From an uncultured cyanobacterium (GTDB lineage: Bacteria; Cyanobacteriota; Cyanobacteriia; PCC-6307; Cyanobiaceae), in the NCBI GenBank assembly GCA_903823115.1, contig CAIJRN010000015.1:7733-71732 (forward strand): 64,000 nucleotides of DNA. The letters run 5' to 3'. The notes under the pieces are model-generated. The model saw nothing but the letters and a program-made list of their open reading frames with translations, was not told the DNA's origin and made no database searches. How positions within the stretch are numbered: position 1 is the first letter of the stretch; every line of letters starts with the position of its first letter. This document shows, in pieces, positions 34,731 to 44,650 of the stretch. Position numbers and translations under genes: made by a program.

Positions 34731-37276
34731 GTCAGGCCCCGGTCGAGCCTCAGCCAGAGGGCTCTTCGCCGCCGCAGCCAGCTGCTGCCGTGGCCAGCTC
34801 GGCCACGGCCCTTCCTGCCGACTTCGAGCGCTGGTATGGGGCCCTGCAACAGGCCTGTCAGCTGGAGGCCGATCGCGGCTTCATCGATGTCAAGGGACGG
34901 CAGCTCACCTACAGCACCTTCGTGGTGCAGAGCCTCAGTCAACCCGGCTGCACACTCCAGAACGCCCAGCAGCAGGCCCTGGCTCCCCTGCTGAGTGGTT
35001 TTCGCGCCTACGGCGAGCAGGGGGAGGGTCGGCGCCGCCAGCTGGTGGCCCAGCTGCGTCAGAGGCTGCATGAGCTGCGCCGCAGCCAGCTGCCCGAGCT
35101 GCCGGTGGCCCCACCGCGGTTGCGGCTCGGCCCTCCTCCAGCACCCGCCCAGCGGGGCGGCCGCCAGCTGGAGCCGGATGACGCCCTGGTGGAGATCCCT
35201 GGCATCGGCCCCAAGCTCGCCACCTTGTTGGCGGGGCTGGGGCTGCTGGTGGTCAGGGATCTGCTGCATCACTACCCCCGCGACTATCTCGATTACGCCC
35301 ACCTGGTGCGCATCGCCGGCCTGGAGAACGGCCGCAGCGCCACGATCGTGGCGACCGTGCGCAGCAGCCATGCCTTCGCCAGTCCCCGTAACCCCAACCT
35401 GGCCATCCTGGAGCTGCAGCTGCAGGACGTCACCGGTCGCCTGCGGGTGTCGCGCTTTTTCGCCGGCAAGCGCTTCTCCAGCCCCGGCTGGCTCAAAGCC
35501 CAACAGCGCCAGTACCCCCCCGGCACCACGGTCGCCGTCAGTGGGCTGGTGCGGGAGTCCCCCTATGGGCCCAGTTTCAACGATCCGCTGATCGAGGTGC
35601 TGGAGACCCCCGGCGCTGAGGTGCGCTCCGAGCAGATCGGCCGGCTGGTGCCCGTCTATGCGCTGACCGAGGGGCTGGGGGCCGATCGCCTGCGGCGGGC
35701 CATCGCCAGCCTGCTGCCCCTGGTCAGCCACTGGCCCGATCCGTTGCCCCTGGCGTTGCGCCAGGAGCTGGCCTTCTCCTGCCGCTTCACAGCCCTCCAG
35801 CAGATCCATCAACCGCGGGATCGCGACGAATTGCAGGCCAGTCGCCAGCGGCTGGTCTTCGACGAATTCCTGCTGCTGCAGCTGGCCCTGGGCCAGCGGC
35901 GTGAACGCCAGCGCTGCCGCCAGGCGCCACCACTGCAGCTGTTGCCGGGGCAGGTGGATCTGGTGGCCCGCTTCCTGGAGTTGCTGCCCTTTCGATTCAC
36001 CGGAGCCCAGCAGCGGGTGCTGGCGGAGATCCGCGCTGACATGGCCAGGCCCCAGCCGATGGCTCGCCTGGTGCAGGGGGATGTGGGCAGCGGCAAAACC
36101 GTGGTGGCGCTCGCCTCGCTGCTCACCGCGATCGAAGCCGGTTGCCAGGGCGCCCTGATGGCGCCCACCGAAGTGTTGGCCGAACAGCACTTCCGCAAAT
36201 TGGTGGAGTGGCTCAATCCGCTGCAGGTCACGGTCGAGCTGCTGACGGGTTCAACCCCGACCCGCCGCCGCCGCCAGATGCTGCAGGATCTCGCCAATGG
36301 CCAGCTGCAGCTGTTGGTGGGCACCCATGCGCTGCTGGAGGATCCGGTGCAGTTCGACCGGCTCGGCCTGGTGGTGGTCGATGAGCAGCATCGCTTCGGG
36401 GTGCGTCAGCGCAACCGACTGCTGGCCAAAGGGCTCCAGCCCCATCTGCTGACGATGACGGCCACACCGATTCCCCGCACCCTGGCCCTGGCCGTGCACG
36501 GTGATCTCGATGTCAGCCAGATCGACGAGCTGCCGCCCGGGCGCACGCCGATCCGCACCCGGTTGCTGCGCGGCGGCGATCGGGATCAGGCCTGGGCGCT
36601 GATTCGTGAGCAGGTGTCCCTGGGGCAGCGCGCCTATGTGGTGCTGCCGCTGGTGGAGGAGTCGGAGAAGGTGGATCTGCGTTCGGCGGTGGAGGTGCAT
36701 CAGCATCTGGCTGAGGCGGTGTTTCCCGACCTGCAGGTAGGCCTGCTGCACGGGCGGCTCAACAGCGAGGACAAGCAGAGGGCGATCGCCGCCTTTGCCG
36801 ATGGCGCCTGCCAGGTGCTTGTCTCCACCACCGTGGTGGAGGTGGGTGTGGATGTGCCGGCCGCCAGCGTCATGGTGATCGACCACGCCGACCGCTTCGG
36901 CCTGGCCCAGCTGCACCAGTTGCGCGGTCGGGTCGGCCGGGGGGCGGCGGCTTCCCACTGTCTGCTGATCAACGACGGCCGCAATGCCATGGCCCGGCAG
37001 CGACTGGAGGTGCTGGTGCGCAGCAACGATGGCTTCGAGATCGCCGAAATGGATCTGCGCCTGCGGGGGCCGGGCCAGGTGCTGGGCACCCGCCAGTCGG
37101 GCCTGCCTGACCTGGCCCTGGCCAGTCTCAGTGATGATGGCGACATGCTGGAGCTGGCCCGCGATGTGGCGCGCCGTCTGTTGGAGGATGATCCGGAGCT
37201 GAACCGCCATCCCCTGCTGGCTCAGGCCCTGGAAGCTCAGCGCCGTCGTCTGGTGGATGCCGCCCGCCTGAACTGA
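34688..37276 (+). CDS. recG: ATP-dependent DNA helicase RecG
   Basis: Helicase motif I GDVGSGKT, DEQHRFG, TATPIPRT, and the C-terminal QLRGRVGRG...GPGQVLGTRQSG. The extended N-terminus and the start are uncertain. Confidence 0.93.
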   Translation: MAAGHSQQPPAPGLSQAPVEPQPEGSSPPQPAAAVASSATALPADFERWYGALQQACQLEADRGFIDVKGRQLTYSTFVVQSLSQPGCTLQNAQQQALAPLLSGFRAYGEQGEGRRRQLVAQLRQRLHELRRSQLPELPVAPPRLRLGPPPAPAQRGGRQLEPDDALVEIPGIGPKLATLLAGLGLLVVRDLLHHYPRDYLDYAHLVRIAGLENGRSATIVATVRSSHAFASPRNPNLAILELQLQDVTGRLRVSRFFAGKRFSSPGWLKAQQRQYPPGTTVAVSGLVRESPYGPSFNDPLIEVLETPGAEVRSEQIGRLVPVYALTEGLGADRLRRAIASLLPLVSHWPDPLPLALRQELAFSCRFTALQQIHQPRDRDELQASRQRLVFDEFLLLQLALGQRRERQRCRQAPPLQLLPGQVDLVARFLELLPFRFTGAQQRVLAEIRADMARPQPMARLVQGDVGSGKTVVALASLLTAIEAGCQGALMAPTEVLAEQHFRKLVEWLNPLQVTVELLTGSTPTRRRRQMLQDLANGQLQLLVGTHALLEDPVQFDRLGLVVVDEQHRFGVRQRNRLLAKGLQPHLLTMTATPIPRTLALAVHGDLDVSQIDELPPGRTPIRTRLLRGGDRDQAWALIREQVSLGQRAYVVLPLVEESEKVDLRSAVEVHQHLAEAVFPDLQVGLLHGRLNSEDKQRAIAAFADGACQVLVSTTVVEVGVDVPAASVMVIDHADRFGLAQLHQLRGRVGRGAAASHCLLINDGRNAMARQRLEVLVRSNDGFEIAEMDLRLRGPGQVLGTRQSGLPDLALASLSDDGDMLELARDVARRLLEDDPELNRHPLLAQALEAQRRRLVDAARLN

Positions 37277-37279
37277 ACC

Positions 37280-37984
37280 ATGCGCCCCTGGAGCCCGATC
37301 GCCATCGATGACAACGGCGAGCCGCTGACGGAGCTGCCATCGCCGCTGTGGCGCATCGAACCCCATCCCTATCAGGTCCTCGGCGCCCCCTACGGCCAGC
37401 TCGGATCACCCTTTCGGCTGCGCCGGGGGGTTGTCGAGCGTCTGCTCAGGGCCGAAAGGCTGCTGCAGCATCAGCGCCCGCAATGGCGCCTGGCGATTTT
37501 CGATGCCTGGCGCCCGCTGGCGGTGCAGCAGTACATGGTGGATCACGCCATTGCCAGCGAATGCCGCAAGCGCGGCATCGATGCCGATCGGCCCAGCCCC
37601 CTGCGAAACGAGGTGGTGGCGGAGGTGGGCCGCTTCTGGGCTCCCCCCAGCGCCGATCCGGCCACGCCGCCTCCCCACAGCACCGGCGCCGCCGTTGATC
37701 TCACCCTGGCGGAGGTCAGCGGACGCCTGCTGGCCATGGGGGGGGAGATCGATGCGATCGGCCCGATCTCCGAACCTGACCATCACGCCGCAGCCGCAGG
37801 CCTTGATCCGAACGGTGAGGCTGGCCTCTGGCATGGACGCCGCCTGCTGTTGCGCCAGGTGATGGAGCGGGTCGGGTTTGCCCAACATCCCAATGAGTGG
37901 TGGCATTTCAGCCACGGCGATCAGCTCTGGGCCTGGCGGAGCGCCAGTGCCAGGGCGATTTACGGCCGGGCGCCCGAGGGCTGA
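37280..37984 (+). CDS. ddpX: D-alanyl-D-alanine dipeptidase (VanX/DdpX, M15D)
   Basis: AWRPLAVQ, HSTGAAVDLTL and EWWHFS are the M15D metal and catalytic motifs. Confidence 0.85.
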   Translation: MRPWSPIAIDDNGEPLTELPSPLWRIEPHPYQVLGAPYGQLGSPFRLRRGVVERLLRAERLLQHQRPQWRLAIFDAWRPLAVQQYMVDHAIASECRKRGIDADRPSPLRNEVVAEVGRFWAPPSADPATPPPHSTGAAVDLTLAEVSGRLLAMGGEIDAIGPISEPDHHAAAAGLDPNGEAGLWHGRRLLLRQVMERVGFAQHPNEWWHFSHGDQLWAWRSASARAIYGRAPEG

Positions 37985-38361
37985 ATCGGTTCAGGGCCGC
38001 CCTGAGCCAGGTTTTGTTCGAGGCTGCTGGCCGCTTCCGGGCTCAGCAGCCCCTTGCTGACGCAGCGCTGCAGGGTGGCGTGAAGCATCTCCAGCTGCAC
38101 CTGGCGCAACCGGGCCTGCACGGCGGCAGGTTGGTCGGCCCAGGGCAGCAGCTGCTGCTGGAAGCTGCTCTGCAGGGGTGCGGGTTGGCAGACAGCCGGA
38201 TCGGGGTCATAGAGCACCTGCCGCGGTGGCGGCGGCGGCGGCATGTCAGCCGCGGTCACGGGTGTCTGCAGGGTCAGGCTGGCTGTCCCAGCCCCCAGGG
38301 CCCAGCCGATGCCGGCCAGGGCCCGCCCCAGCGGCAGCCGGTGTCGCGCGGTGCAATTCAT
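37960..38361 (-). CDS. hypothetical secreted protein (133 aa)
   Basis: Signal-peptide-like N-terminus (LGRALAGIGWALGAGTASLTLQTPVTAA), a Pro-rich stretch, then a helical C-terminus. 4-nt overlap with the sir stop. No family recognised. Confidence 0.45.
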   Translation of the reverse strand: MNCTARHRLPLGRALAGIGWALGAGTASLTLQTPVTAADMPPPPPPRQVLYDPDPAVCQPAPLQSSFQQQLLPWADQPAAVQARLRQVQLEMLHATLQRCVSKGLLSPEAASSLEQNLAQGGPEPIQPSGARP

Positions 38362-40160
38362 GAGCAGGCCAACAGTTCCTTGACCCGATCATCCCCCACC
38401 TTGTTGATCCAGTCGCCCAGGCTGGTGCGGGGCCCCGCTTCCTGCTTCCAGCTGCTCAGCAGCGGCGTCAGGGTGCTCTCCAGCTGTTCCAGGGGCAGCT
38501 TCTCGAGGAAGGGCCGGGCCAGCTGGGTCAGGCCGGGGGTGCCCCCCAGCCAGAGCTGGTAGCTCTCGACGGCGCTGCCCACCAGGCCGATCTCGGCCAT
38601 GTAGGGGCGAGCGCAGCCATTGGGGCAACCGGTCATGCGGATCAGGATCGGTTTCTCGATCTGCAACGCCGCCAGCAGCACCTCCATCCGCTCCAGCACC
38701 TGGGGCAGGATGCGCTCCGATTCGGTGATCGCCAGGCCGCAGGTCGGCAGGGCCGGGCAGGCGATCGCATGGCGGGCCAGGGGCGCCGGCGCTTCGGGTG
38801 CCTGGAAACCGAGCCGATCCAGGGCCTCGCGGATGCCCTGCCGCTGGTTGCTGCCGATGTTGCAGAGCAGCAGGTCCTGGTTCGGGGTGAGGCGGACCTC
38901 CAGCTGATAGGTGGCCACCAGCTGCCGCAGGCCGACCTTGGCTTCGCCTTCCAGGCGGCCGCAGATCAGGGGCAGGCCCACGAACCAGAGTCCATCGCCC
39001 TGACGGTTCCAGCCGAGGTAGTCGAGCAATCGGGCCTTGGGTTCCTGCCGCATCCGCTTGATCGGATGGGGGAAGTAGCGCTCCAGCTCCTGACGGAACC
39101 AGGCCACGCCCCGGTCTTGAATCAGGTATTTCATCCGGGCATGGCGCCGCTGCTGCCGATCGCCATGGTCCCGCTGCAGAGCGGCGATCGCCTGCACCAG
39201 ATCGAGCACATGATCGATCGCCACCCAGCCGAGGGCATCGGCGGTTCGGGCAAAGGTCTCCTCCTTGTTGTGGGTGCGGCCCATGCCACCGCCCACATAG
39301 ACGTTGCAGCCCAGGGGGCGGCCGGAGGCATCGCTGAACAGCACCAGGCCGATGTCCTGGGTGAGCAGATCCACCGAGTTGTCGCCGGGAACCGTGACGG
39401 CGATCTTGAACTTGCGCGGCAGGTAGGTGGCGCCGTAGAGGGGTTCGGCGGCATCGCCACTGAAGATCTGCCCTTCGCCCTGGCGTGCCTTGACCTTGCG
39501 CACGGCGGCGCGGGGTTTGATGCGGTAGCTGAGGTCACCATCGACCCAGAGATCGAGATAGGAACCCTCCGCGGCCTGGGGCGTCAGCAGGTCGGCGATG
39601 TCATCGGCCAGCTGCCGGGCGGCGGGGTAACCACCGCTCTGGACCGGTGTCGCCGGTGCCATCACATTGCGATTGATGTCGCCACAGGCCGAGAGCGTTG
39701 AACCCAGCGAGCGGACGATCGTGCCGATCACCTCGCGCAGATCGGCCTTGGCGATGCCATGCATCTGGAAGGCTTGCCGGGTGGTGACCCTGAGGCTGCC
39801 GCTGCCGAGGCGTTCGGCGAGGTCGTCGAGGGCGAGATAGAGGGCGGGGGGGATGCGGCCGCCGGGGCTGCGCAACCGCAACATCATCTGCCAATCCTTC
39901 TCACAGCCCTTGCGGCGGTTGTCGCGGTTGTCCTGTTGATAACTGCCGTGGAACTTGAGGATCTGGACAGCCGGTTCCGAGAAATTGTGGCTCTCGTTGT
40001 CGAGTTCGCTGAGCAGAGGTTCCTTCAGGTGACCACTGGCGGCTTTCAGGGCCTCGAACTTGGTCGGCGCCGATCCGGTGGACAGGTTGTCGGTTACCGG
40101 CGTCGGGGGCATCGTTTCGGCGGCATTCGGAATCGATCCGAAACTAGCGAATGACTCCAT
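38358..40160 (-). CDS. sir: ferredoxin-sulfite reductase
   Basis: ILKFHGSYQQDNRDNR, the siroheme/4Fe-4S ligand region ACPALPTCGLA and TGCPNGCARP. The start is ambiguous among ATGs at 40217, 40160 and 40112. Confidence 0.92.
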   Translation of the reverse strand: MESFASFGSIPNAAETMPPTPVTDNLSTGSAPTKFEALKAASGHLKEPLLSELDNESHNFSEPAVQILKFHGSYQQDNRDNRRKGCEKDWQMMLRLRSPGGRIPPALYLALDDLAERLGSGSLRVTTRQAFQMHGIAKADLREVIGTIVRSLGSTLSACGDINRNVMAPATPVQSGGYPAARQLADDIADLLTPQAAEGSYLDLWVDGDLSYRIKPRAAVRKVKARQGEGQIFSGDAAEPLYGATYLPRKFKIAVTVPGDNSVDLLTQDIGLVLFSDASGRPLGCNVYVGGGMGRTHNKEETFARTADALGWVAIDHVLDLVQAIAALQRDHGDRQQRRHARMKYLIQDRGVAWFRQELERYFPHPIKRMRQEPKARLLDYLGWNRQGDGLWFVGLPLICGRLEGEAKVGLRQLVATYQLEVRLTPNQDLLLCNIGSNQRQGIREALDRLGFQAPEAPAPLARHAIACPALPTCGLAITESERILPQVLERMEVLLAALQIEKPILIRMTGCPNGCARPYMAEIGLVGSAVESYQLWLGGTPGLTQLARPFLEKLPLEQLESTLTPLLSSWKQEAGPRTSLGDWINKVGDDRVKELLACS

Positions 40161-40244
40161 GGCCGCATCGAACTGGCGGGGTAGCTGCGGGATTCCAGCA
40201 GATGGCGGCAATTGCATACAGTCGCGCTGTTCCTGCCCAGATCC

Positions 40245-42410
40245 ATGGCCACGTTCCTGCTGGAAATCGGCACCGAGGAGCTGCCGGCCGATTTTGCCCG
40301 TCTGGCGCTCCCCCAGCTTGAGCAGGCTGTGACGGCAGATCTCGAGGCCAGCCGGCTCGACTCCACAGCCTTGTGGGTCACCAGCACGCCCCGTCGCCTG
40401 GTGGTGAGCGTGGCGGGTCTGGAGTCACAACAGCGTGACCTGGCCGAGGATCGTAAGGGGCCCCCAGCCCAGCAGGCCTTCAAGGACGGCCTGCCGACGC
40501 CGGCCGCCATCGGTTTCGCCAAGCGCTGTGGCATTGACGCCAGCCGGCTGGAGGTGCGCGACACCGAAAAGGGGCCGTTCGTGTTCGCCCGCACCCTCGA
40601 ACCGGGACGCGCCACGATCGCCGTGCTGGCAGACCTGGTGCCCCAGTGGATCGCCGGTCTGCAGGGGCGTCGCTTCATGCGCTGGGGCGAAGGCGAAGCC
40701 CGCTTCAGCCGCCCGATCCGCTGGCTGGTGGCCCTGTTCGACGGCGAGTTGGTGCCGGTGGAACTGAAGGAATGCGATCCGCCCCTGCGCAGTGGGCGGC
40801 TCAGTCGCGGCCATCGCCTGCGGGCCGAGTCCCTCACCATCAGCAATGCAACCAGCTATGCGAGCCAACTGGCTGCCGCCGATGTCCAGGTGGACCGCGA
40901 GGCGCGGGGCCGCTGGATTCGCGAGCAGCTGGACGGGCGCGCTGCCGAGCTGGACGCCAGCATCGATCTGCCAGCAGAGCTGTTGGCGGAACTGATCGAT
41001 CTCGTCGAATCGCCGCAGTTGATTGAAGGCACGATCGAGGAGCGCTTCCTGCAGTTGCCGCCGGAGGTGCTCAGCACCGTGATGCGCTCGCACCAGCGCT
41101 ATGTGCCCTTGCTAAGGCCAGCCACAGCCAGCGATCCCTTGGCCCTTGAGGCCCACAGCAGCCTTCTGCCCCGGTTCTTCTGCATCGGCAATGGACTGCC
41201 GGCGGCGGCAGCCACGATCCGGCGGGGCAATGAACGGGTGCTGCGGGCCAGGCTGGCCGATGCCGAGTTCTTCATCGCCGCCGATCGCCGTGTCGCCAGC
41301 ATCGATCGCCGCGACCAACTCGATCGCGTCACCTTTGCCGAGGGGCTTGGCAGCCTGCGGGACCGCAGCGAGCGGCTCGAATGGTGCACCGATGTGCTGC
41401 TGGAGCAGTTTGCGCTGAGCGAAGCCTGCGCTAGCCATGCCCGCCGGGCGGCCCATCTGTGCAAGCACGATCTGGTCAGTCAGATGGTGGGGGAGTTCCC
41501 CGAACTGCAGGGGGTGATGGGGGGCAAATATCTGCTGGCCGAAGGTGAACCCAGACCGGTCGCCTTGGCGGTTCTGGAGCACTACCTGCCCCGGGGTGCC
41601 GGCGATCAGCTGCCCGGCTCCGATGCGGGAGCGGTGCTGGCGATGGCTGAACGGCTGGAGCTGTTGCTGAGCATCTATGCCAAGGGGGAACGGCCCAGCG
41701 GCTCCTCCGATCCCTACGCCCTGCGCCGCGCCGGCAATGGCCTGCTGCAGATCCTCTGGGATCGGGGCTGGAGCCTCAATCTGTTGGGCTTGCTGGAGCG
41801 TGCCTGTGGCCATTGGGCCCAGCTGTTGCCGCAGTACGGGCTGGATGCCGGACTCCTGGCCCGGGAGCTGGCCGAGTTTCTGCGCCAGCGGCTGGTCAGC
41901 CTGCTGGAGGAGCAGGGGATCGCGGTGGATCTGGTGCAGGCGGTGGCCGGCAGCAGCGTGGCGCTGGAACGGGTGCTCTCGGATCCGGCCGATGCCAGGC
42001 AACGGGCAGCCCTGCTCCTGCAGCTGCGCGCCGCTGGCAGCCTCAGTGCCGTGCAGGCCGTTGTTCAGCGAGCTGCACGACTGGCGGAGAAGGGCGATCT
42101 GTCGCCGACGGTTCTCAGCGCCGCTGAGGTGGTCAACCCTGCCCTGTTCAGCTCCCCCAGCGAGAGCGCCATGCTGGCGGTCCTGGAGACGCTGGAGCCG
42201 ATCGTCAGGGGCAGGGATGCGGAGCGCTATGTCAGCCTGGCCGCGGTGCTGGCCGAGAGTGCCTCGGTGCTGGCAGCCTTCTTCGATGGCGAGCAGAGCG
42301 TGATGGTGATGGCGGAGGACCCGGCTGTGCGGGCCAATCGCCTCAACCTGCTGGCAGTGCTGCGCAATCAAGCTTCTGTCTTGGCTGACTTCAGTCGTCT
42401 GCAGGGCTGA
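40245..42410 (+). CDS. glyS: glycine--tRNA ligase beta subunit
   Basis: MATFLLEIGTEELPADF, RFMRWGEG..RFSRPIRWLVAL, and the C-terminal anticodon-binding domain. Confidence 0.95.
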   Translation: MATFLLEIGTEELPADFARLALPQLEQAVTADLEASRLDSTALWVTSTPRRLVVSVAGLESQQRDLAEDRKGPPAQQAFKDGLPTPAAIGFAKRCGIDASRLEVRDTEKGPFVFARTLEPGRATIAVLADLVPQWIAGLQGRRFMRWGEGEARFSRPIRWLVALFDGELVPVELKECDPPLRSGRLSRGHRLRAESLTISNATSYASQLAAADVQVDREARGRWIREQLDGRAAELDASIDLPAELLAELIDLVESPQLIEGTIEERFLQLPPEVLSTVMRSHQRYVPLLRPATASDPLALEAHSSLLPRFFCIGNGLPAAAATIRRGNERVLRARLADAEFFIAADRRVASIDRRDQLDRVTFAEGLGSLRDRSERLEWCTDVLLEQFALSEACASHARRAAHLCKHDLVSQMVGEFPELQGVMGGKYLLAEGEPRPVALAVLEHYLPRGAGDQLPGSDAGAVLAMAERLELLLSIYAKGERPSGSSDPYALRRAGNGLLQILWDRGWSLNLLGLLERACGHWAQLLPQYGLDAGLLARELAEFLRQRLVSLLEEQGIAVDLVQAVAGSSVALERVLSDPADARQRAALLLQLRAAGSLSAVQAVVQRAARLAEKGDLSPTVLSAAEVVNPALFSSPSESAMLAVLETLEPIVRGRDAERYVSLAAVLAESASVLAAFFDGEQSVMVMAEDPAVRANRLNLLAVLRNQASVLADFSRLQG

Positions 42411-42688
42411 ACCGCCGGCGCCAGACCAGTGGCGGGGTCGTTGATGCTGTCCTGAAGGGAGGCCAACCGGTGGCAGTGCATCTTCGGGACTGAGCCCCGC
42501 AGGCGATCCACCACCCGGGCGCTGAGCGAACTCAGCTTGGTGCCACTGAAGTACTGCCTGGCTTCAGCTTCCCTGCTCCTCCAACCGGCCCGCATCTCCT
42601 GCTGGAGCACCGGGAACGGTTGCAGCAGATCGACGGGCCGCTGATTCCAGTGCCAGTGAAACGGCTGGAAAGCAAGGGATTCAGGCAA
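42368..42688 (-). CDS. hypothetical protein (106 aa, TTG start)
   Basis: Codons are strongly G/C-ending from the TTG onward, and much less so in the in-frame region upstream. 43-nt convergent overlap with glyS. No family recognised, and it may be a gene remnant. Confidence 0.3.
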   Translation of the reverse strand: MPESLAFQPFHWHWNQRPVDLLQPFPVLQQEMRAGWRSREAEARQYFSGTKLSSLSARVVDRLRGSVPKMHCHRLASLQDSINDPATGLAPAVQPCRRLKSAKTEA

Positions 42689-42931
42689 AGATGATGGCGC
42701 CCAGTTGAAGTCACCATTTCGTGCCGATCCAGTCTGTGCCGATCCAGGCGGAACAGTTTGGCCAAAGCATCAACGACAATCCAGGCAAAGAAAAAGCTTC
42801 GGCCCTACGTGGATCCCATACCAGCACTACCCTGCGAGGGGACGAGGAGCTGACCAGGCCTCCAGACGAATGAAGCATGAAGGGCGAATTGATGTTGAAC
42901 TTTGGCGGCGAAAGTCTGAAAAAGCGCAGCC

Positions 42932-42964
42932 AAAAAAACCTCCCTGCTGCGCACAGCGGGGAGG
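42932..42964 (-). terminator. rho-independent terminator downstream of chlP
   Basis: On the minus strand: CCTCCCCGCTG-TGCG-CAGCAGGGAGG (one mismatch) followed by TTTTTTT, 74 nt after the chlP stop. Confidence 0.72.
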
Positions 42965-43037
42965 TTGGACTGGAATCGAAACGGGGTTTGATGGATGGTG
43001 TTCCAGCGGCTGGCGCAGGGAACCCCGTCCGGCCCCA

Positions 43038-44444
43038 TCAGCTCTTGCCGACCAGGATCGGCTCGCGCTCACCACTTTCGGCCTCAGGCCGAGGGACCTC
43101 CTGGCCAGCCGATGCGCTCTTGCTGCCCCTGCTGCCAGGTGAGGCAGCGGCCTTGGCGGCATCAGCCGCCAGCAAGACAGCCATTTCGGCTTCGCTGCGA
43201 ACGGCACTGGCCACGGGCTTGTAGCCGGACGGCGCGAAGGCCTGCCCGCGCAGATAGGCACCCACGGTCAGCAGAGTGAGCTTGAGGGTCTGCCAGGGAT
43301 TCACCGGTACGACCCGCTTGTAGAGGTAGCTGTCGAAGGTGAGCCGCTGCACATCCTTGTCGTCACACATTTCGACGAAGGCCTCACGAGCCGGATCATT
43401 GCTGTAGAAGACGTTCTGCAGAATCTCCAACACCTTGTAGGTCGCACCATACTTCTTGTCCCATTTCTTCAGGTACACCTTGAGGTCTTTCTCGCTCGGG
43501 ATCCGTTGGCCATTGCCACTGGAGGCGACAATCTCCTCGGCACACATGCGACCGCTCTTGGCGGCAAAATAAATACCCTCACCAGAGCTCTTGGTGACAT
43601 AGCCAGCGGCATCGCCCACCAAAGCCATACGTCCCACCACCCGCCGCGGGCGCGGATGTTCAGGAATCGGATGTGCTTCCACCTTGATGACTTCTCCATG
43701 CAGCAGCCGGTTGCTGGCTCGCAGACGAATGCCTTTCTGCAGCCCCTTGATCAGGCTCTGGTTCTTCTGCATCGTGCCGGTACCCACGGCCACGTGGTCA
43801 TATTTAGGGAAAACCCAGGCATAGAAATCTGGTGACACGTCAGTGCCGACATACATCTCCGCCAGATCCTCGTAGTAAGCCATCTCTTCAGGTGGTAGGC
43901 GAATCCGCTCCTGAAATGCGATGGCGACGTTGTAATCGCCGGCATCCATCGCTTTGGCAACCCGGCTGTTGGCACCATCCGCACCCACGATCAGGTCCAC
44001 TTCAAGGGTCTTCAGTTCCCCGGTCGGACCGCCGCCGGAGTAGTCGGCGTAATGGAGGGTGTAGGGGCCCTGTCGCTTGCTGCCGGTGTCGATGCTCTGC
44101 ACCAGGCCATTGATGAGATGGGCGCCGAGGTCGGCGGCACGATTGCGCAGAAAGGCATCGAAGACCTCGCGGCGACACATGCCGATGTATTCATCGGGAT
44201 TGTCCAGATGGATGTCCACCTCCCGATTGGAGGGGGAAATCATCTTCATGTTGTTGACCTTGCGGTCAATGATCGATTCCGGCAGGTCGAACTCCCTGAC
44301 CATGCACAGTGGAATCGCCCCCCCACAAGGTTTGGCATTGTCGAGCTTGCGCTCGAACAACCAGGTTTCTATGCCTGCCTTGGCCAGCACTTCGGCAGCA
44401 CAAGAACCGCTCGGGCCGCCACCCACCACCGCGACTCGCAACAT
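43038..44444 (-). CDS. chlP: geranylgeranyl diphosphate/chlorophyll reductase ChlP
   Basis: MLRVAVVGGGPSGSCAAE (the FAD-binding fold), KPCGGAIP and GDAAGYVTKSSGEGIYFAAKSG. The ATG at 44444 is preferred over the 55-codon upstream extension. The protein carries an Ala/Ser-rich C-terminal tail. Confidence 0.95.
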   Translation of the reverse strand: MLRVAVVGGGPSGSCAAEVLAKAGIETWLFERKLDNAKPCGGAIPLCMVREFDLPESIIDRKVNNMKMISPSNREVDIHLDNPDEYIGMCRREVFDAFLRNRAADLGAHLINGLVQSIDTGSKRQGPYTLHYADYSGGGPTGELKTLEVDLIVGADGANSRVAKAMDAGDYNVAIAFQERIRLPPEEMAYYEDLAEMYVGTDVSPDFYAWVFPKYDHVAVGTGTMQKNQSLIKGLQKGIRLRASNRLLHGEVIKVEAHPIPEHPRPRRVVGRMALVGDAAGYVTKSSGEGIYFAAKSGRMCAEEIVASSGNGQRIPSEKDLKVYLKKWDKKYGATYKVLEILQNVFYSNDPAREAFVEMCDDKDVQRLTFDSYLYKRVVPVNPWQTLKLTLLTVGAYLRGQAFAPSGYKPVASAVRSEAEMAVLLAADAAKAAASPGSRGSKSASAGQEVPRPEAESGEREPILVGKS

Positions 44445-44650
44445 CTTGAAACTTGCTCCAGCAAAGGGATCCTGGGCAAAAAAACTAACACCACCACACC
44501 TTGCGCTGCGGCCTGGCTGCCGATGTTGGTCCAGCCGGCAGCGGCCATTACGATCGGTCTCTCTGGCTGGTGGTTGTGCCCGCACCGTTGATCGGGGAGG
44601 AGATTCCACTTGCTCGTCGCAGCCAGCCTCCCAAGCCCCGACGCCCCTCG

